From assembly GCA_030141605.1 (NCBI GenBank), contig JAQGDQ010000004.1, positions 868,001-932,000 on the forward strand: a stretch of 64,000 bases of DNA, read 5' to 3'. Under the pieces are notes generated by a model, which saw nothing but the letters and a program-made list of their open reading frames with translations, was not told the DNA's origin and did no database searches. This document shows, piece after piece, positions 13,801-28,800 of the stretch; positions within the stretch are counted from its first letter, which is position 1, and each line of letters opens with the position of its first letter. The stretch comes from Tubiluchus corallicola (lineage: Eukaryota > Animalia > Priapulida). The position numbers and the translations under genes are program-made.

Positions 13801-16800
13801 ATTGCCTGCCTGCAGGCGCTTTATTTGCTTGTTGCTTATTTGTTTGTTTTTGTTTATTTGTTTATTTGTTTATTTTTGTTTAATTCCTGTCGAGCAACAT
13901 TGTCTTTGTTTATTGGGATTTCGTTTACGAATACAAATCTCCTCAAATTTTAAGTTTGTAATTTCAAATTTAAGTACTTGCTGGATTCACGTGTGATCAC
14001 GAACTTGTCGTAACATCAAGATTGGGTTACGTATTGCCATAATTCATCTAAATACTACACCTATTTTTATGCAACACATTTAAGAAAAACAGGCGTCCTT
14101 GCCCATCTAAGTACGCATGGCATTTAACATCAAGGCTAATGACATTATTAGCCGTGCAAGGCTAATGACATTATCCTTCTAATGTATTAGGTTTTTTAAT
14201 GCAAATTATTTTAAAATATTTAAAATATATAAAAACAAAACAATCAATATCTGTATTTCAAATATGTATACACGAGCTATGATTTAACAGTGGGTACTGC
14301 TGCTTTTTTAATTCCCTCATGTTGAATTGTAGTGCTACTGCATGTCACTTATTTTGAAACTGTTCTGGTAAAGCCGTAATTGAGGCTGTTTTTGAATTCA
14401 TTGCAACACTGAAACATTTCCCAATCAATAATCTAATTTCCATTTTCTCTCCATGTTTTGTAAGCATTTGTTGAACGCCTAAGCTTTCACGCGCTTACGA
14501 GCATAGACTATATTGAATGACTTTATTATTTTGTTGAATGTACAATATTCTTTTGTCAAAATAACCAGATCTCATATTCTAGCAGGGCTCTTTTGGTAGG
14601 TGGCAGTCCATTTTGAATGTTGACTCTATGTATATTGTAAAATGTAAATCCCAAAACTTTGCAATGCAACAGAACTTGTTATACTACTTTGGAGTTCTCA
14701 GTGTCAGTTGAAATAACGTTTCATCATAAAACTTAACAAAACACAGCAACAACAACCATAAAAATACCACCGTAATATCGCTGGTACAAGCTACAGAATG
14801 ATGTTGAGAACCTCAATTTTATATTTTGGGACCAAAGGGATAGTAGATTGTAGGTGTGTTTTACGATCACTTGTCTTAATGGTACAGTATTTTAAATCTA
14901 CAATCATTCACCATTTTGGTTGCCAACTTGGATTTGCATAAATCTTACTTCTCTTTCTTCTCTTAAAACCTATGTTTCGACTTCTAAATTGTAGCCAAAC
15001 TGCACATGTGAAAACTGATCTTTACTGCGGTTTAGGGTCAGTTTTTTTCAAATTCTCATGTAATTATTTAAAATTTTAAATTACAATCTCTTCATAATTT
15101 AAGAAATATGCTACAAGAAAGTTGGATTGATATGTGCCTCCCCCACTTGAAAGGTGTCGGTAAGACATTGATAAAATTATTTACAATGTTGTGAATGATC
15201 CACATTTTATCCATGTTTCTTGTTTTTTAGGAGCGGCAGCAAGCACTAGAGAAGATGGGCATCTCTGTACAGACGTCAGGCATTAAAGTGGAAACTAATA
15301 AATACTTCCTTGTTAACTTGAATGCTGATCCTTCACTCAATGAACTACTTGTGTACTATCTTAAGGTAAACTAATCTCCTACAACTAATGTCTTTTCCCA
15401 TGAATAATTTCACTGAGAAACATTTGCTTTACTTAGCATCAGATTCTATATGCAATAGTCCCTCAAAAAATCGTCCTTGTGTAAATTGTTGCATGTTTTG
15501 AGATAGGATCTGATTAATCTGCTTATGGTGTCACTTATGCCAATTGAATTATTTCACATACTGTATTTCAAAACAAAACAAAAATAAATGGGCAGCAGTT
15601 TTTACAAAATAATACTTAACAAGATTTTTGTGTGTGAACTCAAACGCAGTGGTAATAGTTTTAAACATTAATTAGGGTTTTAAATGAAATATGGTGTGGT
15701 AATTCTAAATTACCCACTCCAATTAATTTTGCTACATAGCATACTGGAAACAGTGTTTCTTATACAGTTCAGCATTGCAAATTGGAACTCAGCTCTCAAT
15801 GACAGGGCTTAGTTAATGTAGCGTCTAGGTAGTTGTGGAGATACGAAAACGAAACCTGCTAAATGTATAGGATAACTTTCTAAGATCAAGTACTGAACAT
15901 GTCTCACCGATGTTTAGATAAGGAATTCAAAAATTATTCCGATTTATTATTTATCTGATATCTGATCTGAATCGCATAATTCAATGCACATAAACACTGG
16001 CAAATCTGGGAAGATCATCATATTATTCTCATTACCGTCACATCAAACGAACCGTCTCAGTGCCATGTCTCCTTAACTTTATTTTGTTCATTTCGTTTCC
16101 TGCTCGGCTTACTGATTTCCTACTGTTTGTACAAGAGGAATTTCTGTAGGGTTTGATTACGATAGACCGGAACACCATAAATTAGATTCTTTCTGACATT
16201 CAAACCGTTTAATTCAATCAAGTTTATTGCAGCCCATGTCTAGCTTGCTTGACAGAAATTGTAAGCTCGGGAGTTTCTTCTGATTCATGTGCATTATTAT
16301 ATGAGTTAACAAGGCAGTTTCTTCCAGCATCTTCCTTACACTCTATATAGAACTTTCCAAGGACAAATGGAAAAATATTGCTTTAAATATGAATGTTCCA
16401 AAAATTAAAAAATTAAAATAAACTCAACTAGAAGAATAAGGTGTGGCAGAAGTGTTCCTGTTACTAAGTTCATAGTTTTGAAATGCAAGTTAACTATCTA
16501 ATTCTGTGGATGCGAGTTCTCATGTTTTAACAATAAACAACTTTGAAAAAAGAAAAATCTGTATAAACAGACACCTTGACCACATCTAGAACAGCTATGA
16601 AGCGTGTTCATTATAATGAGCCCTAATAATAAACAATTATGCACACTTTGTCAATCAGGTGACAAACCTATTTGTTCTGGCTAAAATAAACCCTAAGTTA
16701 ATTCAGCAATAAATGGCAATATATAAAAACCACAAACGTACGTGGAAGTAAATAATCAAGTTAAATAGCTTACCGTATGTAGATAAAACCAATAACGAAC

Positions 16801-19800
16801 ATTCCAAAATAACAAACAACTCTACTTTGTTATGAAAGCATGTTTTTGCTCAAATTTCCTTTCCGACGATTCTACAACTGGGGTGTTATTGACAGATATT
16901 TATGTTAGCGATTTAGGCAGCAGACTATCCATTTTGTAAAAGCTGTCTATTTGCTATTAGTGTTTTTCTGTTCGTAAGTTGTTTTCGGGTCTAGTAATGG
17001 AGTAGAAAATTGATGTCGTTCCCGTATATCTTCTTTGCGATGTGTAACAAAGTTATTCACAGTCATTACGTGTGGCATTTTGTCCAACAATTCATCAACC
17101 ATTACAAGGACAAGTCAAAACGTTTGCTTCCTGTTTCTCTACATGCTATAGATCATATAAGCACAGCAAAACTGTTTGACTTTTATAAATTGAATGCCAG
17201 TCGTTTTTCTCATAATTTCCTTTTTCTGTTCTTATAACTGGTTTTTCATTCGGCTTCATTCAAGTTTCAGATGTTTTTCGTTTTTCTTTGCAGTAGCATT
17301 CGTCAAAAGACATCGTTTTCTGGTCATTTTTCACAAGTAATTTCCAAGCAGACATAGTAAAATGGTTATTTATTGTGTGTAATGAAAATGTAGTTGATTT
17401 GCTTGCAGCTGTTGTTGACACCTAGAAATTAGTTTACATGGCTTCCAACAGTTACCAACTTTCAGAAACTGGCCAAAAATGTAAAATTACATTCCCACGA
17501 AAATGTTCTCTGTAAATAGACCTAGATTAGAGCATAGCCATATAGGACTTAATAGAATAGGACAAAACAGACGATGGACTAGGCCTCTATCCTCTTCTTT
17601 CACTGGGTTGAATCTGTCTCTAAACTAAACCTTGATTTCTAGAACATTCAGTTTTACAAGTTGCCTAATTATGCATTACTGAATAATACATTTTAATGTA
17701 GTCTTTTCCGGTCTTAACATGTAACATTTTTTTCCATAAGTTAGGCTCTGAGTCAGTGTTTCTGCATTACCTTATGCAGAAATAAACCAAGTCACTGCGT
17801 GGCTTTCATTTGGTGCAAAAATTAGTGAGGGATTCAGGAATAAAATTTAAATGGTCTAAAAACTGGTAATGCTTTTGAAGTCTTCACTAATTTTTAGGCT
17901 GACAAAGTAGGAAGCTTGAAGCTCTGTTCATTACCGCTGATAATTTGTGAAATTTTATATTTATTTTGCTTTTGTCAGACTAAATCACACTGTAAATTTT
18001 TTTTAATGAAAAACTGAGCCAAGATTTTTCTGTTCTCTGTATATTTGTAATAAGGACCTTTAATATTGGATAGCCACTAAGTTTCATCATGATTTTGTAC
18101 GTATTTGAAATATTGGGCCATGACTTCATTAATACATTGCAATGATACCTGTTAGGACCAAAGCTAATATACCTTTAAGTTGATGACTATAATGCCAACA
18201 AATCTGTGATATGCTGTAATGTCCCTAATGTGTCTTTCTTCTGAAGTTATCAGTTAACAAGGAAATTTACCTACACTGGTATATTTGCCATTTTAAGCAT
18301 CTTTTCCATTGTAACTTTTATGACCCTTGACCTTTGTGTGTGTGTGTGTGTGTGCATGTGTGTGACTGTAACACATTAACCTACCATCATAATTTTTTTT
18401 GTCTGGTTAACTCCTTAGCGCAAGTGTTATATTGTACAAATTTGGTCTGAATTGATTTTGCACAAAAACAAATAAAAAATATGAAAATTACTTTGATAAA
18501 ATATCTTCTGGTAATGATTTGTCCTACAAAATATTCGTTTTCACAAGACCCATAACCATGCAATTGTTTTAAAGTGAACCATCAGTGTTGAAGTTATTTT
18601 AGCTTTTACATCAACAACAAGAACAACAGCACAAAGTGAAATCAGCACAGTGCAAAAAGATTCCATGATTTTGAATGGTTTGATCAATCTCTCACACATG
18701 CAAAGAAATCACTTTGTTTTTGCCTTGCCTGATCATTTCACTTTGTTGACTTATTCACTTTCACTTTCCTAGCTTATTATTGAACCTTCGTTCAATGATG
18801 ACTTCACATCTACATGGTCTTGTTGGTCTACGTGGGTTGTTGCTTAATTTATATTTTGCTAAACTTAATTTGGTATTGATGGTACTGCATTGATATTTTC
18901 ACTTGCAGCTAATTAACAATCTACAGACATAGCTGGATTTACATCTGTACCTTCTTTGTCACAACTGTCTAATCTTTTATGCAAAGAGGTTAGTAACCAA
19001 CTATCTTATGTCCTCTCACAAATACGGGTCAAATATGGCAGCCTTAATGAAATGTACTGGGATTCAACTTGTTTGCAGTTTATTGCCTGGCTTCATGCCT
19101 CTGGGGAAATTTGTGTGTATCTTTCCGCTTTGTCTCTTGTGTAAACTTTATTGTGTTAAGCTGCAGGCTAAGGAATTGAGTAAACATGTTTCTTTGTGCC
19201 GGCATTTTCTGATCTGAATTTGCATGTTCCGTGGCAGTGATGCTAAATGATCGATTAATTCTGTGCAAGTTCTCCAATTCAAGAGCAAAAGATGCAGAGG
19301 AGGGAGACCTATGCCAGTTTTTTCTAAAATTGCTAAACAGATTTCAAGATTTTCTTCCGTGTTGGTTCTTTGTCCAAATTAAGCTTTGGTCTTTGTTCGC
19401 TATAATTCTGTATAATGTTTAGTATAATAATATATTTCACTAAAATACAAAAATGCTTGATAATAATTATAGACACTGAAAAAATTCCATGATAAGTGAA
19501 TCATGCAGATAGACTGGCAAACAGATTACGAGCATCATACAGTGAAGTCCTTCTCAATGGAAAATTTGATTGGCAAAAATTTGATTGATGAAAAATTCAA
19601 AAATATCAATAATTAAGTAACCGTTGTAGGTAGCAAATAATCATTAAAAAGATAATAAACAATAAGGAGTGCCACAAGTGACATGACAAAAATTAATGAA
19701 TTTGCATATATCACAATATTAAATCTGCATCTGCTGATGGTATAATTTCAGCAGTGACAAGCACTTTCCACAAGAATTGATTGTACATATAAACATACTG

Positions 19801-22800
19801 AATGGACTTCGATATCATTGTTTTGATTTAAGATAGTACCATGTGATGCAAAATGACCGTCTTTTGTGATGGGAAGTCAGCTTCTGCCCTGTTTAGTTTC
19901 ATTGGTCTCCTAACAATAGGTAGAGCTTATATACTAGCAAGAATAAATGTTAATAAAACCAGTTTAAATTTATTACGGCCTACAAACAAAAAATAATACA
20001 AGTTTGCATTAGACAAGATGAAGTAATACCAAAGTAATATTGTCAGTACTTTGATATGCCTTTTTTGGCAGAAGTATCATAGCTGTTGCTGTTGAAATAG
20101 GACACTCTTATACTGTAGCTTCATACCATAATGAGGGTTAGCCATCTTCAGCATGTAAAGTTGAATGCTTTTAACATAACACATAAGATACTCCTGTGCT
20201 ATGATTATTACACATTTGGGCACAAGATATTTGCTTTTGTTAGATTTTTGTGTGTACTTACAAGGTACCTACGTGGCTGTGGCTATCTACCTGTACTGTG
20301 TAAAGCAGCACTGTGGATCGTAATTGTTCAGTCACGGTGCTTTTTACAGTTTTTCCCATTCACATGACTTTTACAGTGCCTCCATGTGACATTTTCATTC
20401 CAGTTAAAATTACCAACTTCGTAAGCAATTCTAAACTTCAGTTCACTGCTAGCTGATATTGTCTTGCGTCAGAGTGTGCCTTACTCTGTTGCTCTAATTG
20501 CGTTTCTGGGCTCGTTTCAGCTTCCCATCAAAAGCATTTATTGCTTTACATTGCATTTTATTACTGTCATTCTGAGCTGGTTAATTTTCCCTTTGCTTGG
20601 ACAGCTTCAAATTAATTCGAATGCTTAAATGTCAGTATGAAACCGAAGTTTTTGTTTTCCTTATCGAATTACCTATTGCTAATAATTTGAAATTATCAAA
20701 AACTTTCTTAATTTTGGCTATTGTCATACTTGCATTGATGAACATCTCTCCTTGATTTTGGCTATAGTAGCAAAACAGTGTATGACTTATGGTTTCTACA
20801 ATACCGTCTTTGTGTTTTAATGATTCTAATGTAATTTTTATGTACTCTACTTAATTGGACGTTATCATGACCCAAAATACATTTTTCTGTAGGTCTGGAT
20901 TTCAGACTTCTGCCAAAGCAGCATTATGTATCAGTAGCACTATTTGTTGTATTTTAAATATCAGAATCTCGTGCTTTTAGTGAACTATATCTGTGCTTAT
21001 TCTGCAGAGTTGTGAATTTAATGCCAAATAACTAATACTGACTCCCTATCGTTTTCCCACAAAGTGAACACTTCTGTTTCTTCAAAAAACATTGGACCTG
21101 GTACGTAGCTTAATGTACGTCATGATGAATTTAATTTTATTGCATAACGCATGTGCCATTTTGCATCAATCCTGGTTCGTTTACCCTAAACTGCCTTGGG
21201 TTTCTCATCTTGTTGCATGAATGCTTGAGATTTCTCCATGGAACACTTTATGGCCCGCAGATTTCTTTATGAAATGGAATCAATATCCATGGAGCCAAGA
21301 CGTTTTATATTGGTAGATCATTAATCAATGTAGATGTTCACTCAGCTGCTGAATGTAAATTGATTCAGTTATGTTTCCTCTTGATCACTGCTGCTGCTGT
21401 TGACCTTTGTGATATAATATAATTGAACGCTTGCCCTAGTCTTTCCTTTTAGTGCTTACTGTAGATGATACAGTCTTCATTACCTAATGGATGAATTTCA
21501 TCCAAGTTACTGTTTGACCCGATAAGGAATGCATTCATTCTAACCACTTTCATATTAGACACGTATTTTCTTCAGAAATTTGGCTGTTCGTTTAGAAATT
21601 TGTTATCAGACATCTTGTTTCATTGTACAAAGTCACTGTAAGTGGCATCTACGCTTCAGCATTCAGAATGAAGTAAATTTTAAAAACAAAAGCTTAAAAG
21701 TGTTTTTTGCGACTTGTCTTCTGGCCGTCTTCATCTCTGTAGGGAAGATTTCTGTGAACGTGAAGATGATTGCATTACCACTGACTAGTGTGAAAAGCTA
21801 TTTAGTATTCTGACTGTAAAACTGGCTTCACACTCCTCCATGTCACATGTCCAATGTGATTTGTTTGATTGCCTCTTGGGACGTCACTACTCAACAAACA
21901 AAATACAATTAGCATCACCTTTTTTTAGCCTTTTTGTCTTTTTAGCCGACAACTGTCTTGTTGATGAACAGTATAACAGTATGTTTGTAGTTGGGAAAGA
22001 ATATCATATCTGTCCAGTTGTAAGGAATCCTTTACATGGCAAAGCAAAAATACATTTGGTGCACAAGATCATTTTAACTAGTTTAATTTTGGATAAACCC
22101 TTATATGTACAGTGTAAGTGACATTTTTAGTTAACAAGTGGCCTAGAATGTATCCAACGAAATTTCTTGTAGCTCAATACTAGACTGTTATATTGTTACT
22201 TCTTTTGCATTTAATAATTTTTAGAGCAAATTTTAGTGATTTCTGGTTTCATTTCATCTTCACTGCTGAAAGCGTGCAGTTTGCTATAATATCACAGTGT
22301 GTTATAATATCCAAAGCGCATGCTTTATTGGCTGATTTTGTGCAATGAAAACTGATGCGTACTTTATAGAGCATGTAGTTCTTTATTTTTTAGTTTCATC
22401 CGCTTTTCTAAAATTTTCTGTAAATTTTCGTTCCACCACAAGTTTTAAAGGACAAAACTAACAAAAAAGTTTGAACTTTCACTTTCATAGACAGACATGC
22501 GATTTGATCATTGTTCCCTGTATTACCAATTTTCTCTGCAGCGAGAACAAGCTGCTGAACTGGGAAATGAGCTCCAAACTTTGTTAGCCACCTCATTGAT
22601 TGATATAGGACCAGATTCAGATTGCTTTAAATCAATTACCTGCCTGGGATAAATGGCATCCTTCGGCAAGTACTGGGAATAAAGTAGTTCTAGCAGCATA
22701 GGTTACACCTAATTGCAAATTGGAAAACAAAGAGTTTCTGACAGTATATTCACTAAAAGATTTGCAGCTTACTCCACTTAGACACAGGGCCCTCAACGAG

Positions 22801-25800
22801 AGGCGGCAATTTTACAAACAAGGGGCTTCTAAAAAAACTTGGTCTAGTATATGCTCTGAAGCAAGCTAAGCACAATTTTTGCCTAATGTCCAGTAAGATA
22901 TCTAGAAGCTTCTAAAGTGTTTCTCATAATAAACTATTCTGAAACAAGGCGTTTCAAACTTTTTGAATATCACTTTATTTTAGATGTTGAAAATTATTTC
23001 CAAAAAAGCCAAGCCTAGCTTTGAAGTGTGCTAGCAACATCTTCAGCAATACATTTTAAATTGATATGTTCCGTGTGCGATATTCATTGTTTAAGAAAAG
23101 ATTCTAAACCAACCATATCCCTAGTTCTTGACTAATCCAGAAAGAATATCTCTGATAGTATCTGCATTATCAAGGTGTTAATTTTAACACTTTTAAGGTA
23201 TGTCTACTAAAGCCCTGAAGCATAATATCATATTAGCTGCTTAGCATATTGAGAAATAATACACTTTTATTGGGAATTTGTGATGTTTTCAAAATTTCTA
23301 AAAAATTGCTTCGGATAAATTTTTCCTTATAACACGATTTTTACACATTTTCAGGTATAAGCCCATACTGTCTTTATTGTTCAACTTTTGTTTCATTTGA
23401 TGAACTTTATGACAGCTTCATTTTCAATTACCATGTTTTACTTTTAAAAGAAGAACGAGCCCTCGAACAATATTCATTGTATTTTAATATACACATAAAA
23501 ATTTTGAAATTACCACATAATATATGCGTGTTGTCTTGCTTAAAAATGCAGAAAATTTAAATCATTCGTATCATCCGCCATACGAACTTCGTTGCGGGCA
23601 TATTTGAAAAAATGACATAAGCTGGTAGACAGCACGAAGGCATGCACTACGAAGCTTCTGCAATCTTGCTATTCTAGCTGACTAATTCTTTGTGATTAAT
23701 TGTTGTGTTTATGCAAAAATTAGTCGTTGGATCAATTTGCTTACATAGCTTTAGTTTGCAGGATTATACTTCAAAATGTGTAAGTACTACACAATGTAAT
23801 TACAGAAAAGCATGGAATTCTGCAAGGCTGCGACCATGCAGAAGGTGCCGGTTGGGTGCTTAGCTTATAGAGTTCAATTTTAGCTTGTTAAAATAATTAT
23901 TCTGTCACTTTTCTGCATAAACTAGCCTAGTTGGGCTTTATTATACAATCCTCAATAACTGGTTTTCATAACATACTGGGCCACAGGATTCATCAAATGG
24001 GAAAAAATGGTATTAATAGTCTCTCGTTTAACTTTTTGTTATTGTTTGTAGGGTGTTACATGTAATAGTAACTGTAGCTGCAAAAGAAGTTCACTCAAGC
24101 ACCTGGTGTGATAAGTGTTTATATTGTACAGTAACCGAATGACTCCATTTCTTTAAATAAGCGCGCCCAAGCTTGCAGTGATTGCGACTTTAAATTGATT
24201 TTACTAATTACATGACGTACTTATCACAATTTTATTACTTTCTGATGTTTTTCTCAAATACTAAAATAACCTCAACTTCCTGAGAGACTTGACTTTTGCT
24301 TTAAAAGCTTTGTCCTGTTAGCTGAATTTGCAGCTACAACCAGTCCGAAATACACTTCCATCCTACAGACGTAAACACTATTACGGTAAGAAAATCAATC
24401 GTTTCTGAAGAAATTGTAGTTACGCATTTTGTTTTCTCACAAAACTGAGATTTTGGAAATTGGAATCGCTAATTGCTGCTTCTAGAATAATATTGGTTTT
24501 ATAGTTATTACCTTGCTTTTGCTATTGATTTTTCTGTGTTGAGTGCTTTCTGCTTTAGCAACATTATGAAATGAATCTTTTTGCTGGTCAGAAATTTCAT
24601 TAAAGAGGTGCGCTTTGCATGTGTATATTGGAAAAGTAAAGTAATGGATTTCATACCTAAAGCATTATTTCACATTTGCGTCTGCTATGTTTTTTTGTAA
24701 TTCCTATTTCAAAGCTCACCATGAGCCTTCATGCCACATTTCTTGACGTATAATGCAACATTGATTAGTGAACATTTTCTCTCAAGCATATGTCTAATTT
24801 AGTGGAGTAAGCTTCTTCATTTATTATGCATGTTTGATGGACTGTGAGTGGAGAAACCATCTGTATTAAGCCTTTAGTTGCACAAGAGGTTAAACGTGTT
24901 TCTTAGAACTATTCAATGTATCAGAATGCACTCCCTGGTCTAGAGGCAGATAGCAAAAAAGTTTATCAAAGATTAAAATCGCTTTTCTTTCGAAACAGAA
25001 TTTCGTGTCAAACATTCTTTTTCGAGCTTTTATATATGTTTTGGCATTTTCTCTAGTTTTAGCTTCTGTAGGTAATTTATGGACATCACTGGGTAATAAA
25101 TAACACTTAAACTTGCTCTTCGGGTTTTTATTTTGTCAGAGGTTTCCTAGTTTACCCACTTAGTCGGGGAATAATCTAAATTGTGACTGGTTACATGGAT
25201 GTACAGATGTCTCATAGTTTATACTGCTTTTTAAATAAATCGTTAAGAACAGTCATTCATTCATTCATTCATTATCATTTATTTCGACATTCATTACAAT
25301 ACATTTATTTCCTTACAATAACACCTATATTAATGTCAAAATTATAATGGGGGGTTGCCACTAAGGCGTAAGCTGCTACCGTTACAGCCACATTTAAGTG
25401 CCACATTACATATTTTACAGTAGGAGCACTTGGGATTAATTAGTTATCAGTGGACTTTCAATAGAATTGACCGAAACTATTCATGTTAGCGACATTTAAC
25501 TCAACTAAATCTTCATCAACCTTTTTTTTGCACTGCCACTGAGAATGTTTGTTAATTTTGGTTACATATTGAACAATAGTTTAGTGATGCTGTGCTTATG
25601 TCATCTTTCTTAACCGAACTTATCGTCAGAGTGGAATAATAATTAGTTTTGATTAATTATTGTAGCTGGGGAGCTCTCAGTAGCGCATTGAATAGAGGCA
25701 TTGTTGATTCAACATAAAATTTAAAGGTTTGTTTAAAGACCTGAAACGCTGTAAATTTTCACACTTTTCACTATCTGGAATCAGATGACACTGAAAGCAA

Positions 25801-28800
25801 TAAATTTCCAGTCATTTTCTTGAAGGACTGTTGCTTCTTACTATCAATACAGTGCAATGAATTTTCTCCTATCGTTTTGATTGATTTGAAACACTTATGT
25901 TGTAAAATTTGCTGATTGTGCAAACCAAAGCTCTTTTTATGCAGTTTTGCCACCAAAGGAATAGAAGGACAATAACGTTTAAGTAATTTTTATTTGTATT
26001 AACTTTATTGTAGGACCACACTTTGGTTGGGAGACCTGATGCACCAGTGGAGCAAGACATTCAGTTAAGTGGATTAGGAATTATGCCTGAACATTGCATT
26101 GTGGAAATTGTACAAGGTGACGTGTACATGGCACCATTAGAAGGTGCAAGGTATGTACAATATAGTAATGAATTTATGCTGCATAACTGCAAGGAACCTA
26201 CGTGCAGTACATACAGCCAATAAAAACTGTCTTTTAACTTCTACAGCAATATTGTTGTTACTCAGTGTTTTTTAAATTTTCTTCCTTGGCTCTACCAAGC
26301 AAACACAAACTGCTTCACCAAGAATTGCAGTTGTTTCTGCTGTCGTATAAAGTCGACACCGGAGTCAGATGTCGTTAAGTTGTCTTGTTGCCAGTGAAAT
26401 ATTAGCGTGATTTGTTTTCCATAGATTCCATTTCGTTGCTGAGAAAACAAGTGAACTGTAAATAAAAAGTTCAATGGACAGAAAATACTAACAAAAAGAG
26501 CTATCAAAATTACTAGATTTACAACTGGTAATAATAGTAGCTTATACGTTCATTTACTATTAATTTTTTGTAGAGAATTACGTGTTGATTTTACGCTCTT
26601 GTGCCTTGAAGTGTTGCTTATGACTATTATTATAGCCTATTCTTTGACATTCTCCCTTTCCACCAGCAACGATTGTAATACGTGACAATTTACCTGTTTG
26701 TTGCAGGACTTGTGTAAATGGCTCTTTGATAAATGACAGGACTTTGCTTCGTCATGGCGACCGCGTACTGTGGGGCAATAATCATTTTTTCCGCATCAAC
26801 TGTCCACGAGCTATTGCTAAGACTCCTAGTGAGTACAAAGTAACAAACCAAATTTGTGTGAAAAATGGAAAAAAATGCAAATGGAAATATTTTGATGCAA
26901 AGACATTGACAATTTTTCCAAGCTTTACTAAAGACAAAAAAAATGTTCTCTGAAAGTGATCAATTACTTTTTTACTAGGTATGGCAGGCCTCCAGGTACA
27001 ATCGCCCGACCAACCGGAACGACCTATTGATTATGAATTTGCTCGAGAGGAATTAATGATGAAAGAGATGTCCAACGATCCAATCCAGGCAGCTATGTCA
27101 GCATTGGAGCGACAACATGAAGAAGACAAGCAAGGTAAAAAAATGGTTCAAAAATACCTTTAAAAATCACTTTTTGGCTACTGTTTAATTTACATTCTTT
27201 AATGTAGTCTGTACAATTCAAAATGTTAGACTCCTAAAATGCCATAAAATTCTTTTGTAATCAGTGGTCTGTATTAATTTGGTGCGCGTTTCTGTTATAA
27301 ACAAAATTGTTAAGCAAATGCATAGAATTGATCATATCTGTGTGAAACTGTGAAAAACAATGAAAATTGTGACAAAGAAATATTTTGTGCTTATTTTTGT
27401 TATAGGAATTGTAGAAATAAAGCAAGTTTTTGCCTCTGTTTACCAGTTTCAGTTTCAACATAAATTCAATTTTTATAAAGCTATTGAATAGTACTGTGGG
27501 GAACAATCTACCTAATATTGATTTGGCGCTATTACATGTTTTTAATTTCCAAATATGAAAAAATCATTAGTTTGCAAAATACACAACTTTATATAGCCTG
27601 CCATAAGTGTATTGATCCAATATCTAATTTGACACCACTGTAAATGAAATACATACTTGAATAAAGACATCTTCTGATTCTCAGTGATAGCAAAATGGAG
27701 GTGATCCATTTTTAATCATGATGGAACTCCGATGTTCAAGTACTCGAAGGCTTCAGGTTTGAAGGAGTTTAATGATTACCATCAAATTCCGTTAAAAATC
27801 TTGGCTTCATTTTTGACAGTTTTGGAACAAATACCATGCGGATGAATGAAGTTTGCTGTAAGCCTATTTTCCTCTAGATAGGATGGGTATATTCGAAGTT
27901 TCCTAATTATGCCGACTACAGTAAAGTTGATCATGCCATTGTAACCTCACAACTTGATTAACTGCTACAGTCTGAATTCTGAAGGAACAGTTAGACGAAC
28001 TTCAAGCAGAGCAAATGCTGTTGCTCGTTTGTTATCAAAAACTAGAAAATTCAATCACGTCAAACTGGTACTGCTTGTAGTACATTCGCTACCCACGGAA
28101 CAGCATATAAATTTTAAAATCCTCCTGCTGACCCTTTAAGCCATTAACCCACTTAGGACCACAATATATTTCAGAACTTATTAGTTACTACATGCCAGTT
28201 CAAGTCGAGATTTCCATTCAACAAATAAATACCAGTTATCAGTGCCAGTGGGAAAGTTGAACAAGACTAATTGGGGATAGAGCCTTCTCTATATCCGCAC
28301 TACATTTGTAGACGTGATAGCAAATCAGTGAACTGGCTAAAGGCATACCTATTCAGAATTTTGTATACTTTGTAGTAACTGTTTGTACTGGATTTGTCTT
28401 ATCCTTGTTTTTATTATGTATTGTAAGTAAGTGATTAAATTTATTAAAACAACATGTTACAGTTAAAAATTGAATTACTGTGTACATGTGTCTACAATGG
28501 TAAAAAATAATTTAAAATTTAAAAGGCCACAGTAATTTACTAAACAGTATTAATTTTCCAGGCAGTTATTCACATAAAATTATAAGTATGAAAATATAAG
28601 TATAACATCTAGAGCAAACACGAGTTATGAAAATCAATCATTTAAAAAATGTAACTAAATTTTCCAAAATGTTTTATTTGATTTTTATTATTTTGTTATT
28701 ATTATATTGTTGTTAATGTATTATTATTATTATTTTGCATAGTTTTGTGCACCTACCTGTACACTTAAATTTTTAATTATCAGTACTAGATCATTTAAGT

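Noticed and set aside
21780-21885. Minus-strand peptide [15 protein letters not shown] resembling a FLYWCH/C2H2 zinc-finger remnant
   Set aside because: Too short and flanked by stops; may be a decayed transposon but cannot be supported.
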